A stretch of 64,000 nucleotides of DNA, taken from the NCBI GenBank assembly GCA_051418015.1, contig JBPRGF010000029.1, positions 128,001-192,000 of the forward strand, written 5' to 3'. This DNA comes from Candidatus Nitrospinota bacterium M3_3B_026 (GTDB lineage: Bacteria > Nitrospinota_A > UBA7883 > JBPRGF01). Both the position numbers and the translations under genes were made by a program. Each line of letters opens with the position of its first letter. Position 1 is the stretch's first letter. Under the pieces are notes generated by a model, which saw only the letters and a program-made list of their open reading frames with translations, searched no databases and had not been told where the DNA came from. Shown piece by piece: positions 57,924 through 64,000 of this stretch.

Positions 57924-58895
57924 TCAGCCCGCTTTCATGTCCACGACGATCTTGCCGCGCCCGCGCATGGTTTCGAGCCGCCGGTGGCCGTCGGGAATCT
58001 TCGCCAGGGGGATAACATCCTCCACCTGCGGCTTCAGGAAACCGCGCCACGCGAGGACGGCCAGCGCCTCCATGTGGGACCTTTTGTTTCTGACCAGCGT
58101 GAAATGAACCGCGGCGTTTTTGAGCCGGGCGGGGTTCAGGGCCGCCAGCGTCCTTTTCTCGCCGGCGGGGAAGGCGTTCAGGAAGGCCATCCTCCCGAAA
58201 GGCTTTAAAAGGCCCAGGCAGTTGTCGAACCCCACGCCGCCGACGGTGTCGAAGGCCGCGTCCACGCCATGCCCGCCGGTCAGCTCCATCACCGCCTCGG
58301 CGACGTCGATCCCCTCGTAGTCGATGACATGGTCCGCGCCGAGATTTTCCACGTAGCCGACGTTCCCCTCCGAGCAGACGCCGAGGACGCGGGCTCCCGC
58401 CCACGCGGCCATCTGGACCGCCAGCGAACCGACGCCCCCGGCGGCGCCGTAGACAAGGACGGTCTCCCCCATCTTGAGGCCGATCTGCTCGAAGAGGGCC
58501 TGCCAGGCCGTGGAGCCCGCCAGGGGCAGCGCGGCGGCTTCGACGCAGGACAGGTTCGCGGGCTTCTTGGCCACTATCTCCTGCCGGACAACGTGATACT
58601 CGGCGTACGCGCCCTGCCGGGAAAGGTCGGCGAAGTAGAAGACCTCGTCGCCGGGTTTGAAATGGGCCACGCCCTCGGCGGCCTCCACTACCACGCCGCA
58701 GACGTCGTAGCCGTAGATGGCGGGGTATGTTCTCTGCTGGGAGAGGTAGCCTGAGCGTATTTTGTAATCGACCGGGTTCAGGGCGCAGGCGGCCGTCTTG
58801 ACGAGCAGCTCGCCGGGGCCGGGATCGGGTTTTTCAACCTCGGCGAGCCGCAGGACTTCCGCCCCGCCCGCCTTTTCCGCTATCATCGCTTTCAT
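57924..58895 (-). CDS. NADPH:quinone reductase-like medium-chain dehydrogenase
   Basis: LNPVDYK, GAYAEY, AAALPLAG.TAW, GAAGGVG, GKIV. Confidence 0.9.
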   Translation of the reverse strand: MKAMIAEKAGGAEVLRLAEVEKPDPGPGELLVKTAACALNPVDYKIRSGYLSQQRTYPAIYGYDVCGVVVEAAEGVAHFKPGDEVFYFADLSRQGAYAEYHVVRQEIVAKKPANLSCVEAAALPLAGSTAWQALFEQIGLKMGETVLVYGAAGGVGSLAVQMAAWAGARVLGVCSEGNVGYVENLGADHVIDYEGIDVAEAVMELTGGHGVDAAFDTVGGVGFDNCLGLLKPFGRMAFLNAFPAGEKRTLAALNPARLKNAAVHFTLVRNKRSHMEALAVLAWRGFLKPQVEDVIPLAKIPDGHRRLETMRGRGKIVVDMKAG

Positions 58896-59165
58896 CGGCG
58901 TCTCTCCCGCGGTTTGCGCGCTGGAAAATTTTCGTGTTGAAAGGCATTATATGGCGAACGGGCGACAGACCGCCAGCCGAAGGAAGGGCGGCGATGGGTG
59001 ATCCGGCGGCGGGGTTCACAGGGCGGATGGCGGTTGGCTCAAACCCCTGCCGTCCTGATCCGCCCGGCGAAGGACCTTGATCTCATCGCTGAGAACGAAA
59101 AAGACAAGGTTTCAACCCGGCGGCTCGGGATGCGGGTTCAGCATGAGATCAAAAAGAGACGAAAA

Positions 59166-60014
59166 ATGTCAAAAACGCTGCTTCTATTGGCGCTGATCGT
59201 CGTCCTGGCGGCGCTCTCGGCGAGGGCCTACGTCAAGATCATGGAGCCGCGATACCTTTTCCACCCGCGTACCGCCCTGGAGATGAACCCCGCGATGGCG
59301 GGGATGGAGTTCAGGGACGTCTATATAGAGTCCGGCGGGAACACCCTCCACGGCTGGTACATCCCCCACGACGACGCGGTCTGCTTCATCATCTTCTACC
59401 ACGGCAACGTGGGGAACATCGCCGACAGGATCGATTTTCTGAAAATCCTGAAAAACCTGCGGGCGCATGTCCTGATCTTCGACTACCGCGGCTATGGGAT
59501 GAGCGAGGGCGTCCCGACCATAGAGGGGATCGAGGAGGACGCCGTGGCGGCGCTCGAATGGCTCACCATGAAGGTGGGCGCGCCCCGGGAGAGGGTGATA
59601 CTGTGGGGCAAGTCCCTCGGCGGGGCGGCGGCCCTGGCGGCGGCGAGGCGATACCCGGACGTGGCGGGGGTGGTCGTGGAGTCCGCCTTCTCCACGTACC
59701 GGCGGCTGGCCCACGAGGTCGCCCCCCTCGCGCCGGTGGTCTTCATAACGGACGCCTTCAGGAACGAAGAGATACTCTCACGCATCAAAACACCAAAACT
59801 CATCATCCACGGCCTGGCCGACGAGCTGATCCCCTTTCACCACGCTGAAAGGCTGTACGACAAGGCGGCGGAGCCGAAACGCATCCTGCCCGTCCGGGGC
59901 GCGGGCCACGGCGACACGCACACAAAAGGCGGACAGGCCTATCTGGACGCCGCCGGTCAATGGTTGATGGAAAGCCTCGCACGCGCCGCCAATAATTCCG
60001 GGCAGGATAAGTAA
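59166..60014 (+). CDS. Alpha/beta hydrolase (ABHD13/17-like) with N-terminal TM helix
   Basis: HGN.GN, DYRGYG.S, GKSLGG nucleophile elbow, IHG..DE, GH; start set at ATG 59166. Confidence 0.88.
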   Translation: MSKTLLLLALIVVLAALSARAYVKIMEPRYLFHPRTALEMNPAMAGMEFRDVYIESGGNTLHGWYIPHDDAVCFIIFYHGNVGNIADRIDFLKILKNLRAHVLIFDYRGYGMSEGVPTIEGIEEDAVAALEWLTMKVGAPRERVILWGKSLGGAAALAAARRYPDVAGVVVESAFSTYRRLAHEVAPLAPVVFITDAFRNEEILSRIKTPKLIIHGLADELIPFHHAERLYDKAAEPKRILPVRGAGHGDTHTKGGQAYLDAAGQWLMESLARAANNSGQDK

Positions 60015-60036
60015 CTACCTGTTATGTCGATAGATA

Positions 60037-60071
60037 AATAATGCATATATTGCATTATTCAAGACCCGCCC
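60037..60071. repeat. Degenerate palindromic element, family C (…CAAGACCYGVCC)
   Basis: AATAATGCA-TATAT-TGCATTATT hairpin followed by CAAGACCCGCCC, similar to arms at 61326 and 61669. Confidence 0.45.
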
Positions 60072-60252
60072 TCGGTGGAAGCTCTGTGTGTGCTGGATTC
60101 TACGGGGAGCGCTCCCGGCGGCCTTCGGCCACTTTCAGAACTGGAACCGGAGATACTTCAATCACTGCAACAATGGGCCCTCGACGCGCCGGGGACATGG
60201 TGCAATATTTGAATTATTGTATAGGCCGCCCTGTTCCAGAGCGGCTCTTCGG

Positions 60253-60573
60253 CTATTTTTCCAGCCAGCGGTCTATGGCGGCGGAGCGTCTTTTGCGGAT
60301 CATCTCTTCCCTGCTCGACTCCTTGATTCTCCGCAGATCCTCCTCCATATCCTTTTTCATATCGGCCGCCACCTTCTCTCTCGCGACCCTTCGCTGCTCC
60401 AGATTGGAGTAGTCATATTTTCCGGCTTGGGTGGTCTTTTCATCCTCCTGGGCCGGCGCGGCGGCCTGCTCCTCCTTTGGCGGCTCATCGGCGGCAAGAA
60501 AGAATACCGCGGCGCCGCCAGCCAGCCCAGCGGCGACCGATATCGAAAGCCCCAGCAAAAAGACCCTTTTCAT
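60253..60573 (-). CDS. Hypothetical protein, N-terminal TM/signal helix
   Basis: MKRVFLLGLSISVAAGLAGGAAVFFLA then charged helical region. Confidence 0.6.
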   Translation of the reverse strand: MKRVFLLGLSISVAAGLAGGAAVFFLAADEPPKEEQAAAPAQEDEKTTQAGKYDYSNLEQRRVAREKVAADMKKDMEEDLRRIKESSREEMIRKRRSAAIDRWLEK

Positions 60574-60859
60574 CGCGAGAAATCTCCCGTCACAGCGTCC
60601 GAAGAAAGGACATTTATTGTTATATACGACAAAAATTGTACAAAATTTAATCAAAATGTGTGATCATGCCCGGCCCGCCTCCCCGGGCGCCGCGGCAACC
60701 GCCTGTAAAATCATGCGTTACACTAAGCCCCCAAATCGCGGAAAATGGCGCCGCCTTTGCTTGAAATCATTACAGTACAATAAAGGTGTAATCGCCGGAG
60801 ACCCCCAGGCCGATAAGATTACTAATGAAGCCGGAAACCACACAAGGAGGAGTGGAACA

Positions 60860-61243
60860 ATGGCTGAGAAGGGACGCGAAATCAAGAAGCTTTCGGAGGC
60901 CGTCGCCGAAGCGTTGAAAAACAACGAGAAAGTGATGTCCCTTATCGCCGAGCTCAAGGAGCGCGGTGTTGTGGACAGCGAAACGTTGCTGAGCCTTTAC
61001 CTGAAGATCGGCGACCTGCTGGAGGTCTCTCTCACCACCGTATCCCGGGAGGAGCTGGAGAAGCTGAAAACCGGAAAGCAGGCCGCGCCGAAAAAGGCCG
61101 AGCCGCCCCGGGAGCCGGACGACGACATCCACGAGACCATCGACGGGCGGGACCTGAGCCGCAACGAGATAGCCTTCCAGGAGTGGACCGCCGAGCGGTT
61201 CAACGAGGGGAACTGGCTTAAAAAACGCCGCCTGATCTGGTAA
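60860..61243 (+). CDS. Hypothetical protein
   Basis: AAGGAGG RBS, GC3-biased codons, helical sequence; no recognised motif. Confidence 0.7.
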   Translation: MAEKGREIKKLSEAVAEALKNNEKVMSLIAELKERGVVDSETLLSLYLKIGDLLEVSLTTVSREELEKLKTGKQAAPKKAEPPREPDDDIHETIDGRDLSRNEIAFQEWTAERFNEGNWLKKRRLIW

Positions 61244-61357
61244 GACAGGCGGCGCCGACGGCTCCGCGCGGCGTCACATGCCCGGCGCGCGGCTCTTCCC
61301 TGACGCCGTAGCGTAAAAAGTCAAAATACAAGACCTGACCCAGGCTCGCTCATATAG

Positions 61358-61615
61358 TCAAGTCCGGAAGGTTTTCGCCAACTTCCAAGATGTTTCATTT
61401 GGCAGACGGCACTCCCAAAATATCCAACCGTTCACCGAGTTTCCGGTTACTTTGTTGGCTGCCGAGGAGAGCGAATAAAAAGTCTTTCCGTCAATAACCA
61501 AGCCACCTGATTCGACTATGCCGCTGATAGTTTCGCCTTTGTAATTCGACCGAAATTCAGTACCTTTGGGAAACGTCACTCCTTTTGTAGTCCAGCCATC
61601 TTGAGTTACCCCCAT
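61358..61615 (-). CDS. RAMA/DUF2924-like small protein, possibly an N-truncated remnant
   Basis: IDGKTFYSLSSAA..VTG.SVNGWIFW motif; visibly AT-richer than flanks; no clear RBS. Confidence 0.6.
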   Translation of the reverse strand: MGVTQDGWTTKGVTFPKGTEFRSNYKGETISGIVESGGLVIDGKTFYSLSSAANKVTGNSVNGWIFWECRLPNETSWKLAKTFRT

Positions 61616-61841
61616 ACAATTTCGCCAAGAGGGAAATTGGTGGGGGATGAAGCGGGGCTAAAGAATGGGAGCCGGGTCTTGTATGTTTCCGCTGGCCGGG
61701 GGTCTTCTCGACCCCGGCCTCTCCCCGCCACGGTTTTTATCCGCTATGCTCCCCACCGCCGAGACGCCGAGGGAGCCGAGGTTTCTTTTCAGGCTCCGCG
61801 CCCACCGCGCCTTCGCGGTTGAATCCTCCCGCGAAACGGGG

Positions 61842-61870
61842 TTAATACGCCGCCGCGCTTGACGTATAAT
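61842..61870 (+). promoter_or_regulatory. Sigma70-type promoter candidate for gltA
   Basis: TTAATA-N17-TATAAT about 85 nt upstream of the ATG. Confidence 0.55.
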
Positions 61871-61953
61871 CCCCCGTAGCAGGCGCCGCCCCGGCCTTTT
61901 CCGGCGGCGCGGGAGAGCGAATCGATCCGCGGTTTCAAATCGGGAGCAAAAAG

Positions 61954-63249
<1,296 letters not shown>

Positions 63250-63381
63250 GGGGCCCCCGGCCGTCCTGGCCCCGCCGCTTAAACATTTTGCATTCCTGCG
63301 CGAAATCTGTTATTTTTTCACGGTTACGGTAGAGTGGAACCGGGGAAAAAGATAAAACAGGTTTGAGAGGTGAAGGTCAAC

Positions 63382-63651
63382 ATGTCGATCACGAAGGAGC
63401 GGAAGGACGAGATCATCAAGCGTTTCCGCGCCGATGACAAGGACACGGGCTCGCCGGAGGTGCAGATAGCCCTTTTGTCCGAGCGAATAAACAGGCTTAC
63501 CGAGCATTTCAGGACCCACAAGAAAGACCATCATTCAAGACGCGGCCTTCTTCAGCTCGTGAGCAAACGCCGCAGGCTGCTCGACTACGTCAAGAAAAAA
63601 GAGATAGACCGTTATAAAACCATCATAGAGGCGCTCGGCATACGCAGGTAG
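63382..63651 (+). CDS. rpsO: 30S ribosomal protein S15
   Basis: [32 protein letters not shown]. Confidence 0.97.
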   Translation: MSITKERKDEIIKRFRADDKDTGSPEVQIALLSERINRLTEHFRTHKKDHHSRRGLLQLVSKRRRLLDYVKKKEIDRYKTIIEALGIRR

Positions 63652-63787
63652 GATCCCTTCCATTTTTATGAAAAGCGCCGGCCAGCCGGGCGGCCCCGGG
63701 CCGCGAGGGCGTTCGTGACAAAGACATGGCTCGCGGCGCGGATCGCCGGGCGGCAATCCCACAGGCACAGGTAAAGGAAAAAGTAAG

Positions 63788-64000
63788 ATGCAGGCAGAAA
63801 GAATAGAGTTGCAAATCGGCGAGAAGACACTGTTCATAGAGTCCGGCGTTCTCGCCAAGCAGGCGGCCGGGGCGGCCGTGGTGGGGCTGGAGGACACGAT
63901 AATACTCTCCGCGGCGTCGGCTTCCGACACGCCGCGGGAAGGGGTGGATTTTCTTCCCCTGACGGTGGACTACAGGGACAGGACGGCCGCGGCGGGCAGG
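63788..64000 (+). CDS. pnp: Polyribonucleotide nucleotidyltransferase, 5' part (runs off window)
   Basis: MQAERIELQIGEKTLFIESGVLAKQAAGA...DFLPLTVDYRDR.AAAGR; follows rpsO. Confidence 0.95.
   Translation, partial: MQAERIELQIGEKTLFIESGVLAKQAAGAAVVGLEDTIILSAASASDTPREGVDFLPLTVDYRDRTAAAGR

Overview
64-kb window from a GC-rich Gram-negative bacterium (gene content suggests Nitrospinota/deltaproteobacteria-like; inference only), running from the 5' end of uvrA to gltA-rpsO-pnp. Main blocks: (1) membrane-bound group 1 [NiFe] uptake hydrogenase operon with two cytochrome b genes, a maturation protease and a Ni transporter, preceded by a heme-c chemoreceptor; (2) a ~21-kb glycan-tailoring island with four radical SAM enzymes, TPR-bearing glycosyltransferases, WecB/WecC-like enzymes, methyltransferases and three sulfotransferase domains (one split by an in-frame TGA); (3) a vsr / RHH antitoxin / PIN toxin / dcm unit with no restriction enzyme; (4) an A2-type cytochrome c oxidase operon whose K-channel residues appear to be missing; (5) a 36-heme cytochrome (12 triheme modules, with recent 243-bp tandem duplications) coupled to an outer-membrane beta-barrel, a candidate extracellular electron conduit; (6) waaL-like/galE/pglF-like, sulP, tpx, cytochrome c', anmK, nagZ and housekeeping genes. 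Three families of REP-like palindromes occupy intergenic space. No rRNA, tRNA or CRISPR array was recognised. All calls come from motif reading by eye; no searches were run.
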